Source: Bacteroidota bacterium
GTDB taxonomy: Bacteria; Bacteroidota; Bacteroidia; Chitinophagales; Saprospiraceae
Direction of reading: 5' to 3'
Assembly (NCBI GenBank): GCA_031400515.1
Contig: JANNQA010000042.1
Location: 4,814 to 68,813 of the forward strand
DNA length: 64,000 bases
Shown piece after piece: positions 17,536-26,385 of the stretch. The first letter of the stretch is position 1; each line of letters starts with the position of its first letter. The position numbers were made by a program, and so were the translations under genes. The notes beneath the pieces were generated by a model. That model was not told the DNA's origin. It saw nothing but the letters and a program-made list of their open reading frames with translations, and ran no database searches.

Positions 17536-17628
17536 GGCTCCTGGTCCCAACAGGCATATATCAAAGCATCAAACCCAAATGGATCCGATATTTTTGGCGC
17601 CAACCTGTCTCTCAGTGCAGATGGCTAG
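17536..17628 (+). pseudogene. Inverted fragment of the same FG-GAP repeat unit on the opposite strand
   Basis: The plus-strand frame reads …GSWSQQAYIKASNPNGSDIFGANLSLSADG then TAG at 17626. This is head-to-head with the minus-strand gene. Confidence 0.65.
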
Positions 17629-17903
17629 ACCTTGGGGCGTCCTTTAGGGACCCGCAAGCGTCAAGCGGGTTGGCCTCTACTTTCTCCTTATCACTTTGTT
17701 TGGAGTTGTCATCCTGAGCGAACGCAGTGAGTCGATTCTTTGTAATCGTGAGCGAACGCAGAGAGTCGAACGATGCAATAGTGCACCACACTATCCAATC
17801 TTGAGAGAGCATGAGCCGATTGAGCGATGCGAATAATGTGAATGCGAACGAAAGATCTTTTTTGAAACCGGTATCGGCAATAGTCACTATTCTGAGATTC
17901 GGT

Positions 17904-18269
17904 CTACTGCTCTTGATGAAACGCTTTTATAAGTTCCTTTAGCTCTTTGTCACTGATGGTTTCTGTATCAGCCTTATCATAAATAGTGATGAGGTTCACA
18001 GTAGCATGTTCATCCGTGGTAAGGATTTCGCCAATCAATGTTGACTCCACCAATGAAATGACCCTTGCGCCACCACTTTTGCCCTTCCCTTTGCTTGAAA
18101 CGATCAAACGGATTTTGTAAGCATTGTGTCCGAGAGGTGTTCCCAGAGTTGGGTTAAGTATGAGTTCACCTTCAAGTTTTAGAAGATCTTTCCGAAGGGA
18201 GGGGTACTTTTTGAGTAAAGGCTTAGCAGCGATCTTAAAACTCCTGGCAATCCGAACAGTGACATTCAC
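17904..18269 (-). CDS. Type II toxin, RelE/ParE superfamily (HigB-like)
   Basis: 121 aa with the motif …KGKGKSGGARVI… typical of this toxin group. It has a GTG start and overlaps the upstream small gene by 4 nt (GTGA). Confidence 0.7.
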   Translation of the reverse strand: MNVTVRIARSFKIAAKPLLKKYPSLRKDLLKLEGELILNPTLGTPLGHNAYKIRLIVSSKGKGKSGGARVISLVESTLIGEILTTDEHATVNLITIYDKADTETISDKELKELIKAFHQEQ

Positions 18270-18478
18270 GTCAGGAAATCTTTAAGAGTCTGCAATTTCT
18301 TTCCTGTTTGTTTGCTTCTTTTTACTTCATCGAGCCCTTCACGAATATTATTCAAGACGGCGAGCTTTGCCTGAAGCTTAGCATAGTTGCTGTTCAACTC
18401 TTCCCAGACCTTTACAGGTACCAAAACAGACGTTCTTTTTCCGTTGTCGTCAGTGACATATTTTATCGCGGTAGCCAT
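18266..18478 (-). CDS. Cognate antitoxin (small coiled-coil protein)
   Basis: 70 aa, upstream of and translationally coupled to the toxin, with a typical toxin-antitoxin size pairing. Confidence 0.6.
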   Translation of the reverse strand: MATAIKYVTDDNGKRTSVLVPVKVWEELNSNYAKLQAKLAVLNNIREGLDEVKRSKQTGKKLQTLKDFLT

Positions 18479-18585
18479 CTGAATTGTTTTTGCAAAACTA
18501 TGAAATCATAGTAAACCGCCCAGGGAAGAGATACGAGAAAAATTTGCTTGTAAGCTCTAACCATCATCCATTTTAAAAGATGAAA

Positions 18586-18693
18586 CCCATTCCCACCCCC
18601 ACATCCAACGCCCGTCCATTGAGAACATGATACATGGCACTAGCGGGGATGCCATCGAATTGTGACAACAAACTATGCTTTGCAAGGATCGAC
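18586..18693. repeat. 108-nt direct repeat, copy 1, flanking the phosphoesterase gene
   Basis: It aligns without gaps to 20614-20721 with 13 mismatches (hand count). Read on the minus strand it encodes …SILAKHSLLSQFDGIPASAMYHVLNGRALDVGVGMGFIF*. Confidence 0.85.
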
Positions 18694-18905
18694 AAAGAAG
18701 GTGAAGGGGAGGAGGAAGGTAAGGGTAAGGCTGATGAGCTTCATGAATTGTTAGAGATAGAAGATATCCGTATCGTATCCATATTTTATCCAAAAAAATC
18801 AGATGAATATTTTCCGACTTTCTCAGGGATTATGCATTATTGGTTAGTTGTATTTTGTGTAATCAAACTACCTATATGAGTTCGACTCTTACTTATAAAT
18901 CAGAA

Positions 18906-20342
18906 TCAACTGTTATCCCCGTATCTGGCCAGAAACTCGTTCTCAACTTGACGAATGTTCAACGGAGCTTTTGGCATAAATCTCTTAACTGCCATGTCTT
19001 CGTACATCCGATTGCCGGTTAATGCAATATTCCTCTCGACGGTTAGTTCATCATCGGCCATTACTTCCTGCATATTCTCGGCCATCTGCAGAAGATCTTT
19101 TTGCAGCTCGTTGAGCTCATCAAAATTCTGTTCATTGATTTCAGCGAAGCCCATGAACTTCGGAGCTAAATTATCTTCAAAAGGGACATGAACAGTTAGA
19201 GGCCGCAGGGGATATTCGGGTTCTTCATCCGTCAGACTCTGCAAGAATGACTTTGCAATCTTGTCCCGATCCTGCAGATGCGCGTCAATATCTAATATTT
19301 GAAAAACAGATCTGATGATGGAGCTGTGATCATACTCTTCGCTATCGATATGTGCTTTTTTTGCGTGTGGTGATACAATTATGGCGGGGACTCTGATTCC
19401 GTATTGCTTGAAATCAAAACCTCCAACTGCTATTTGGCCATCGGGTGAAACACAAGTTGGAGGTGGCTCGTGATCATAAAAGCCCCCGTGCTCATCAAAC
19501 GTAATTAGTAACACAGATTTTTCGAATACGTTCTTGTTTGCCAGCAGTGTATTGTAAATCTCTGCGATCAGAGCCTCGGCTGCGATGAAGTCCTTATCGC
19601 CGTCCTTCCTATTGTTTGCGGGATGCATACTGTTTGATCTGCCTTTTAGGCTAAAATGAAGAGGTTCGATGAAGATGTAATTGGCGAGCCTATCAGATTC
19701 AACGTCTTTTTTGAAGTGATCAAATGATCTGAAACGGCGTTTAAACCACAGTTTATAGAAGACCATAGCTTGGGCAATGCCATCGTGATAGATTTGCCAC
19801 TTCAATCCATGTTCTGCGATCTCCTCAAAGATTGTTCTGTTCTTGTAGAATTTCTTTTTGATGTTTACTTCACCATCCGAAGTTCCTGCATGAGCGAAAT
19901 TACGATTGGGCCATGTCTCGCCTGGCACAGAGCTAAACCAATTATCACAAAGTGTGTATGCTTTGGCCAATTGAGCGATAATATAGCCTGGCTTTCCGGG
20001 AGTAGCGGTATCAAAAATTCCGAGAACTTCCCTTGGATCACTCTTGCCACCTTTATCTGTAATTTTCTCTGCATAGCTGCTGTAGAATCCATCATTTTTC
20101 CCGCCAACTCCCAGATCGATTTGAGTCATAATTTCCAGATGACTGTGGCCAGGATCCGGATCATTGTATGTGTTGGCACCTTTATAAACAGATACCGGTG
20201 TTGGGTCTGTCTTGTATTTAGGATTGGATTCGTTTCCTGTCAGTCCATTGAATTTTTTCGGATGATCAAGAAACCCAAAAAGATGATCAAAGGACCTGTT
20301 TTCAAGCATCAGAACAATTACGTGCTCAATTTTCGGCGGCAT
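18906..20342 (-). CDS. Phosphoesterase-family protein (phospholipase C / acid phosphatase AcpA-like) with no signal peptide
   Basis: 478 aa. The N-terminus IEHVIVLMLENRSFDHLFG is the hallmark of the PLC/AcpA phosphoesterase family, together with …ITFDEHGGFYDH… The start is not hydrophobic. Confidence 0.85.
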   Translation of the reverse strand: MPPKIEHVIVLMLENRSFDHLFGFLDHPKKFNGLTGNESNPKYKTDPTPVSVYKGANTYNDPDPGHSHLEIMTQIDLGVGGKNDGFYSSYAEKITDKGGKSDPREVLGIFDTATPGKPGYIIAQLAKAYTLCDNWFSSVPGETWPNRNFAHAGTSDGEVNIKKKFYKNRTIFEEIAEHGLKWQIYHDGIAQAMVFYKLWFKRRFRSFDHFKKDVESDRLANYIFIEPLHFSLKGRSNSMHPANNRKDGDKDFIAAEALIAEIYNTLLANKNVFEKSVLLITFDEHGGFYDHEPPPTCVSPDGQIAVGGFDFKQYGIRVPAIIVSPHAKKAHIDSEEYDHSSIIRSVFQILDIDAHLQDRDKIAKSFLQSLTDEEPEYPLRPLTVHVPFEDNLAPKFMGFAEINEQNFDELNELQKDLLQMAENMQEVMADDELTVERNIALTGNRMYEDMAVKRFMPKAPLNIRQVENEFLARYGDNS

Positions 20343-20599
20343 TATTTCATTTTTAGTTTATAAAATTCTATGCAATATCGTTTAGCGTCCAATCCCGACT
20401 TAAAATATATCTAATCCAAGGCCTTGACTGTTCCTCTGTTCGTTCCTTAATGTATAGAGCATGACAATGTAACCGGACGAATAGTCCGATCCCGTGTTGA
20501 GATACTTTGACGGACTTCCAATCACTCGTTCTCGCCGATGCTCTAAAACTTCTCTTCGCCAGTATAATTCATCGAAAATCCATAGTAGTCCGCGCCAGT

Positions 20600-20779
20600 T
20601 CAAAAAATCATTCCCATTCCCACCCCTATATCCAACGCCCGTCCATTGAGAATATGAAACATCGCAGGAGCGGGGATGCCATCAAACTGCGACAACAGGC
20701 TTTGCTTTGCAAGGATCGACACATGCAGCTTCCGCGAATGAGCGATTCGAATGAAGTCTTGCTGACTGCTCGTGAACAT
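20600..20779 (-). CDS. 59-aa ORF whose C-terminal 40 aa are duplicated in repeat copy 1, possibly a gene remnant
   Basis: MFTSSQQDFIRIAHSRKLHVSILAKQSLLSQFDGIPAPAMFHILNGRALDIGVGMGMIF. It is below the ORF-track cutoff, and I translated it by hand. Confidence 0.3.
   Translation of the reverse strand: MFTSSQQDFIRIAHSRKLHVSILAKQSLLSQFDGIPAPAMFHILNGRALDIGVGMGMIF
20614..20721. repeat. 108-nt direct repeat, copy 2
   Basis: See copy 1 at 18586-18693. Confidence 0.85.
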
Positions 20780-20828
20780 TCATCGAGCCCGATTTATCTC
20801 CATCAATACGAGCGTTGTCAGATCACGC

Positions 20829-21596
20829 CTATTTTGAAATATCTCGTCCATAAAGCAGCATATCTTGCCCACTTTTGAACATAGTATAATTGCGAATGTC
20901 TATCGGAAATATGTAGGCGGGATTAGATGCTTTTTCCAGCAGCACTCTTTTCAAACTTTCTTCAAGTTTATCGTCTGTTAGTTTCGCAGAACGCTCAATA
21001 ATTTTAATTAGAACGATTCTTCTTTGTTCCAGGGTTGCATCTGAACATTCAGAATTTGTAATTGCATCATACTTTCCAAAATTCAGTCCATAGATTGGAA
21101 GTTTCTTCTGGGATTTTAAATTACTTTTTACAAGACTGAAGAGAGTTTCTACTCTGTCTTTCGCTCTACTTTCCTCTCCTTTTGTGTTTCCTTCGGAAGA
21201 AGCCGTTCCAACGCAAACTATCCCAAGTGCATTTTGCAATTCAGCGCTATCTCTATACTTGGAAATGACATCAGCCAAATCCGCCCTCTCATTACCTCTA
21301 ACAATTTCAGTGATGCTCGCGCACTTCCATCTGAATTGCTCTGACAATAAGTCTATCTCGGCTTCAAGTAGAACCTCGCCATCTGGAGCAACATCAACAC
21401 TTTTGTAAGTTGTATACGGATATTTGCCAATAATTTGTGTTCGCTGTGAACAATCAACACAGAGATCAAACCTCGTTTCAAGTTTGGTCAGACGACTCTC
21501 ATATTCTCGTAAAATTTGAAAGAACCAAACTACAAACGCAGCAAGAATTGCAACAAACAATCCTATCAAAATATTTTCACGGGTACTTTTTTTCAT
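20829..21596 (-). CDS. Single-pass membrane-anchored hypothetical protein
   Basis: 255 aa. One N-terminal TM helix (ILIGLFVAILAAFVVWFFQIL) is followed by a coiled-coil segment and a globular domain I do not recognise. Confidence 0.55.
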   Translation of the reverse strand: MKKSTRENILIGLFVAILAAFVVWFFQILREYESRLTKLETRFDLCVDCSQRTQIIGKYPYTTYKSVDVAPDGEVLLEAEIDLLSEQFRWKCASITEIVRGNERADLADVISKYRDSAELQNALGIVCVGTASSEGNTKGEESRAKDRVETLFSLVKSNLKSQKKLPIYGLNFGKYDAITNSECSDATLEQRRIVLIKIIERSAKLTDDKLEESLKRVLLEKASNPAYIFPIDIRNYTMFKSGQDMLLYGRDISK

Positions 21597-21965
21597 TGTC
21601 GATTGCCTTTCTAACTAGGAACTAAGGTTACATATAGCGTACTGTACAAGATCAAAATGCTGATAGAATCCAAATGTCAATTCAGTCTTGAATTTCAATG
21701 AGGCAGGAGCATGGGGTCTTTGAATATCTGCTTCGTTTGTACTGTTGAAGAAATATTCCCTTCTGTGATGCTTTTGAGTTTCCAGGTCTTGAGCGAAGAG
21801 GGAGATGGGTGAGGAAAGAGAGTTGGATTTCATGATTGGTACGGGTAGAAGCTTTTTCAAGCGATGCCTTAATGTCCACACCAACTTCAACTAAAAATGG
21901 TTGGGTCATGGTTCAATTTTAGGTACAATTCTAGCCTGTGTCTTTTACAAATTCGCTTGGCTACC

Positions 21966-22583
21966 TTATTCTGTTAAGACGTCAGCTAAGTTCTTAAAAT
22001 ATTCAGTCAAGATAATAAACAACAACGTGTTACTACTTCTTTTTTTTTGTACTAACAGATCAGCCATGGTAGGGTTAAGAGAGGCAAGATATCCCAATTG
22101 ATCCTTTACGAATTTCTCAAATTTTGCAATTGCATTGTGAGATCTGTGTGCAATAGCGTTACGGATTACAACCAGTTCGTACATTTTATCACTGGATAGA
22201 TTGATCTTTTGAACTCTCGAATTAGACCTGAAATGATCTTCAATTCTTTGTCTAAGAATTGTTGAATCTAACCAGTCAATGTAATCCTTGTCCCGATCTC
22301 TTCTATTCATATTTATTTTTCTAAAAGCGATAGATAAGTTATTATATGGAGTATGTAACGGTTTTATTATTTTATTTGACCTCGTCTTGCAGGAACAAAG
22401 GCATCTTAAAAAATACTCTTCAATGAATAATTCCCAGCAAACTACAAATCTGATATAACAACCTTCAATTAAAGTATCCCTTCTTAAACTTGGCTGATCG
22501 GTAGATACGGACTTTACAATTGATTCGAGTTCTTCAACCTGTCCAACAAGCCTATCGTATATGCTAGTTAATGCGTAAGCCAC
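21966..22583 (-). CDS. HEPN-domain protein (predicted RNase-type effector)
   Basis: 205 aa and all-helical in appearance. The Rx4H motif RNAIAH is at residues 141-146 (nt 22146-22163). The GTG start directly abuts the TAA of the DUF262 gene. Confidence 0.6.
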   Translation of the reverse strand: MAYALTSIYDRLVGQVEELESIVKSVSTDQPSLRRDTLIEGCYIRFVVCWELFIEEYFLRCLCSCKTRSNKIIKPLHTPYNNLSIAFRKINMNRRDRDKDYIDWLDSTILRQRIEDHFRSNSRVQKINLSSDKMYELVVIRNAIAHRSHNAIAKFEKFVKDQLGYLASLNPTMADLLVQKKRSSNTLLFIILTEYFKNLADVLTE

Positions 22584-23615
22584 TTAGACTATGAGTTTCG
22601 AAATTTCAGTATGTCTGAACATTCTCTGCGCCACGTTTCCAGTGGCTTGCTTGAATTCAGCTTTCATGATAGGGTCAAATTCCCTTCTTTGATAATTAAT
22701 ACTGAACTTCTCTAAGCGCTTTATACTTTGTTCAGTATTCACATGCCCTGTTTTCTCATTTACTTTTCCTTCAAAACCAAACAGTCTGGCATAGACCACG
22801 AGAAAAAGTGAATAAAACATAAACTTAGGGCTGAATACAGTTCTTATATGTTTAGATTCTAGTAGATGTCCAAGAATGCTAATAGTTTTGGTAAACCTCT
22901 CATAAAGACCTTTACGATTTGGTAGATTTTCTTCGTATCTCGCGTACATTTTGTCAACTCCAGATGCACTAGCTGACTTAATTCCACTTATCACAGTATA
23001 AAGAATCTCTGAAACTAAAAGCGCATCGGCCATTCTCGCAATATTGTTCTCTGAAAGGATCTTGAATTGTATCCAAAAAGTGTTGTACTCTGATGCTATT
23101 TCATACACTAAGGTCTTAAACTCACCCGCGAATTTTGAATTACGCTTTTCCTGTGTATTTAATGGGAGGCTAAACGAATTTAATCTGGAGAAAATAGAGA
23201 TGATGTCTGCCTCCGTTGCACCACGAATTGAAATAAATGAAACTTCAAAATCCTCATACTTTTGTTGTTCATTTTTTGGTAGTTCAGAGAATAGTAGCCC
23301 GGCGTAGTCTTCTTCTGAAATTACTTTAGTAAGTTTAAAATGATTGGCACTAAATTCAGTTACTATTGAAATCCTTTGTTGTCCATCTATAATTTCCTTT
23401 CTTCTTTCCCCCGCCTCATTAATATAGTCCCTGAGATATATTGGTGGAAGTGGAAAATTACTAAGTATTGTATCTATTAATGCGGTCTTAGCATTTTTTG
23501 GCCAACTAGTTCTTCTTCTTTGATACTTTGGCTGAATCACCATTTCTTTACTTTCAAGCAATCGTGTAATATCTCTGATACTATACATTCTCTGAGATAA
23601 TTGGATCTTACTCAT
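22584..23615 (-). CDS. DUF262 (ParB/GmrSD N-terminal-like) protein lacking a DUF1524 nuclease domain
   Basis: 343 aa with …VIQPKYQRRRTSW… and the signature IDGQQR (residues 76-81). No HNH/DUF1524-like His-Me motif is visible in the C-terminal half. Confidence 0.8.
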   Translation of the reverse strand: MSKIQLSQRMYSIRDITRLLESKEMVIQPKYQRRRTSWPKNAKTALIDTILSNFPLPPIYLRDYINEAGERRKEIIDGQQRISIVTEFSANHFKLTKVISEEDYAGLLFSELPKNEQQKYEDFEVSFISIRGATEADIISIFSRLNSFSLPLNTQEKRNSKFAGEFKTLVYEIASEYNTFWIQFKILSENNIARMADALLVSEILYTVISGIKSASASGVDKMYARYEENLPNRKGLYERFTKTISILGHLLESKHIRTVFSPKFMFYSLFLVVYARLFGFEGKVNEKTGHVNTEQSIKRLEKFSINYQRREFDPIMKAEFKQATGNVAQRMFRHTEISKLIV

Positions 23616-23798
23616 AATTAGATATTTGAGTGTTTAAATTTCAGTTTGTCTTATGGTAGGTTTTTATGAGTTAGATGGATCTATATTTTCAATAAGATTA
23701 ATTAAAGACACGTATATTATCTAATACTTTGGTCAAAAATCTTTGCTAACATAATTGTTTATTCCAATGACGTAGAGTCTTGTCTTTATAAGATGTTT

Positions 23799-24110
23799 TT
23801 ACCTAACTATAGATAGAATTCCAAAATATTGAAGATCATCCTTACTCTCCAAACTCACCACATAAACTCCACTCACCAATCCCTTCAAACTCACTCTCGG
23901 ACTCTCCGGATCAAACCGCTGTGACAACACTTCCACGCCCTGCATATCCACAATCGTCAACACCCCTGCCTCCTCCGTCTTTACCTCGATATAATCCTTC
24001 GCCGGATTCGGATATATCTCCAACTCTCCCACAATCTCATCATCAACATCAGACACCACACATGTCTTACCTGGCAGATTCTCGTCCATCCACTCGAGCC
24101 TTGATGTACA
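23799..24110 (-). pseudogene. Orphan 3' fragment of a CotH-like gene (T9SS C-terminal sorting domain only)
   Basis: (RLE)WMDENLPGKTC…GELEIYPNPAKDYIEV…GVYVVSLES… is about 65% identical by hand count to the last 96 aa of the 28159..30198 gene. The upstream frame is broken by a stop. Confidence 0.8.
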
Positions 24111-24196
24111 TCACCACTCTAAGTAGCTATTCCACAAAAGATAAGATGGCAAAAGGAAGATATAGAAACAAGTGCAAGAGTTTAAAGATTTTTATT

Positions 24197-26377
24197 TTAG
24201 TTCTTACCATGCCAATTGCGATAATCCCAGAGTCTATCGCCACCAAATGAAATGTCAATTACAAAACCGCCTTTTAGCTCTTCTGATTTTGGTGAATAGT
24301 AGCCTATTCCTATTGAATTATAACCGAATTTTCTTGGATAGTAAAAGGCAAGCGTCCAGACAGTTCCATATTTTACGAATTTTCTGTTCTCTTCCCCTGG
24401 AAAAAATGAGTCTTTAGGAGGTCTGATATAATCAGCTCGATTTCTCAGTATCAATGATAAATCACTTTCTTCTTCAACTTGATAGATTAAAGAAAGTAGT
24501 CTAACAAACTGTTCAGGCTCAAATTCTTTCCAGGTGTGACGGTAAACGCCAAAACCTTGAAGATGGAATTTTTGATTTAATGGCATGGAAAATTCCAAAC
24601 CGTGAGATGATATCCAATCTTCTTCACCAAGAGGCAGGTTGGCTTGGTCTGATATATTCAATTCAAATGCCTTTAAACTAATTGGAAACACTACTGAATT
24701 ATTAAGAATTAGTTGCGGGTATTTCCACTTTTTGTCCTTACCTGCCCCTGAATATAATAAGATTCTATTTGCTAATGAGGGGCTTTCAAATCCGCTATTG
24801 AGAGTTGTTGAGTTTTCTGCTATGCCGGGTAATGTACTTGGCTCCTCATTGATTTGCAAAGCTAAAACATATGGGATTGAAAGGTTAAACTCATACCTGT
24901 TATCGTACACATACTTGAGGTTTGAATAAATTTGCGTGGAGAGGTCTGAACTTGCAGCCTTCCAAATTCTTGTAGGATCGTAAATCTCTCGTCCACCTGT
25001 GTTGACGGAAAGTTCACCACTGAACGCAAACAAGTTCTTTCCCTCTGTCTTGGGGTACCATCCGGATGCTCGAATCAATGAAGGATTGCTCTTTGCTATT
25101 GTATAAAGACTTTGGGCGTTCTTGCAAACACAGGCGCTAGCTTCTTTATGATATAGGCTGTCAATTCTTACTTTTTCTTCCTTATTTAGTCTTTCTAACA
25201 AATCTTTTGACCAGGTTTTCGGTTCACCAAAACCAAGTGGGATTACCCACGATACTGCTTTTGAATTGGGGCGTGATTTGATTACCCCCTCTCGAATGGC
25301 AAAAGGATTCTTAAACAATACTTCTTCTGTCCATGGGTCGGTAAAGTTCTTGTCGCTGATGGGTAACGGTTCGTGGTTGTATGCAAAATGTGCCGAGACT
25401 CCCCCTGAAAGTGAATAACCATACGCAAGTCCCGGTATATGTACTCTCAAAGTAGGTATCTCTAAAGGCGTTTCTACCGTGTGAAGTTCAAATGCGTTTT
25501 CCCAGAAATCCAACATTTCATTCGTAGGTTTGCCTTTTAAAAAATCATTAAATAAACCAGAAAGGGTATATGCATTTTTTAATTCTTTTAAAACAGTGAA
25601 TTGCTTCGCAAGGGCTTCAAAGTTTTGGGAAATCAATTTAGCATACAAAGGAGAGGTGCGAAGAGGATCTTCTCTCAAGAGTTTTCTTATGTTTTCTTCA
25701 TCTGGGATAGTTGTTCCCATTGGTAACTGTACAAACTCATCAGAATGGTTCTTAATTCGTACCGTTACTGAAGTGGCAGCAATGCATTCGCCGCCTACGC
25801 GATAATTCACTTTGAACGGGAAGAACCAGGATCTGTCCCATTTGGATTCCCATATCTCTTTCCTTCTCCCATCCTTTTCACTATCAATTAAGAGGTCAGT
25901 CTCGCTTGGCAGTCCATCAATCCCTGAAGAGACGAATCCTTCCGACAATAGTTTTAATAACAAATCCGCTTCGAATACGATTCTCCCATAATCCGTTCCT
26001 TCGATTCCACCTGTGTATCTGACTTTTTGAATATCTAAATTTGCTGAACGATTAAATGGTTCAATACTCACTCCTGGGTCATTGCCAATAGTACTATTTA
26101 TGTTATTTCTACTCTTCAATGAAGATACAACCAAGTTGAGGCTTACACATGGACTATTTGGATCGCTTTCTCCAACTATTATTATGTCCCCAAGTGAATC
26201 ACTTGCAATTGCCCATATTTTGGTTATGTGCCCTACATTAATGACCTCATCACTTGCAAGCATATTTCTTGCGCAGGACAGCGAAAAAGCAATCAATCGA
26301 GGAGGTTGTTCAGATGATTGCGCAAAGCAGTTGTGAACGATTAATCCCAAAATAATCGAAACTAAATACTTTTTCAT
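24197..26377 (-). CDS. Large secreted hypothetical protein
   Basis: 726 aa with a signal peptide (MKKYLVSIILGLIVHNCFAQ). I cannot assign a confident family. It is the last gene of a 3-gene operon. Confidence 0.6.
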   Translation of the reverse strand: MKKYLVSIILGLIVHNCFAQSSEQPPRLIAFSLSCARNMLASDEVINVGHITKIWAIASDSLGDIIIVGESDPNSPCVSLNLVVSSLKSRNNINSTIGNDPGVSIEPFNRSANLDIQKVRYTGGIEGTDYGRIVFEADLLLKLLSEGFVSSGIDGLPSETDLLIDSEKDGRRKEIWESKWDRSWFFPFKVNYRVGGECIAATSVTVRIKNHSDEFVQLPMGTTIPDEENIRKLLREDPLRTSPLYAKLISQNFEALAKQFTVLKELKNAYTLSGLFNDFLKGKPTNEMLDFWENAFELHTVETPLEIPTLRVHIPGLAYGYSLSGGVSAHFAYNHEPLPISDKNFTDPWTEEVLFKNPFAIREGVIKSRPNSKAVSWVIPLGFGEPKTWSKDLLERLNKEEKVRIDSLYHKEASACVCKNAQSLYTIAKSNPSLIRASGWYPKTEGKNLFAFSGELSVNTGGREIYDPTRIWKAASSDLSTQIYSNLKYVYDNRYEFNLSIPYVLALQINEEPSTLPGIAENSTTLNSGFESPSLANRILLYSGAGKDKKWKYPQLILNNSVVFPISLKAFELNISDQANLPLGEEDWISSHGLEFSMPLNQKFHLQGFGVYRHTWKEFEPEQFVRLLSLIYQVEEESDLSLILRNRADYIRPPKDSFFPGEENRKFVKYGTVWTLAFYYPRKFGYNSIGIGYYSPKSEELKGGFVIDISFGGDRLWDYRNWHGKN

Positions 26378-26385
26378 TTTTTTTG

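Noticed and set aside
19770-20363. A 197-aa plus-strand ORF, plus other antisense ORFs inside long genes (for example 46273..46665, 46904..47287, 58894..59349 and 35397..35759).
   Set aside because: Each is fully nested antisense in a gene with a strong family signature. These are typical shadow ORFs.
21615-21909. 91-aa and 75-aa minus-strand ORFs in the gap between the HEPN gene and the TM-protein gene.
   Set aside because: The two overlap each other in different frames, are of low complexity, and have no motif. I left them unannotated, although a small third component cannot be excluded.
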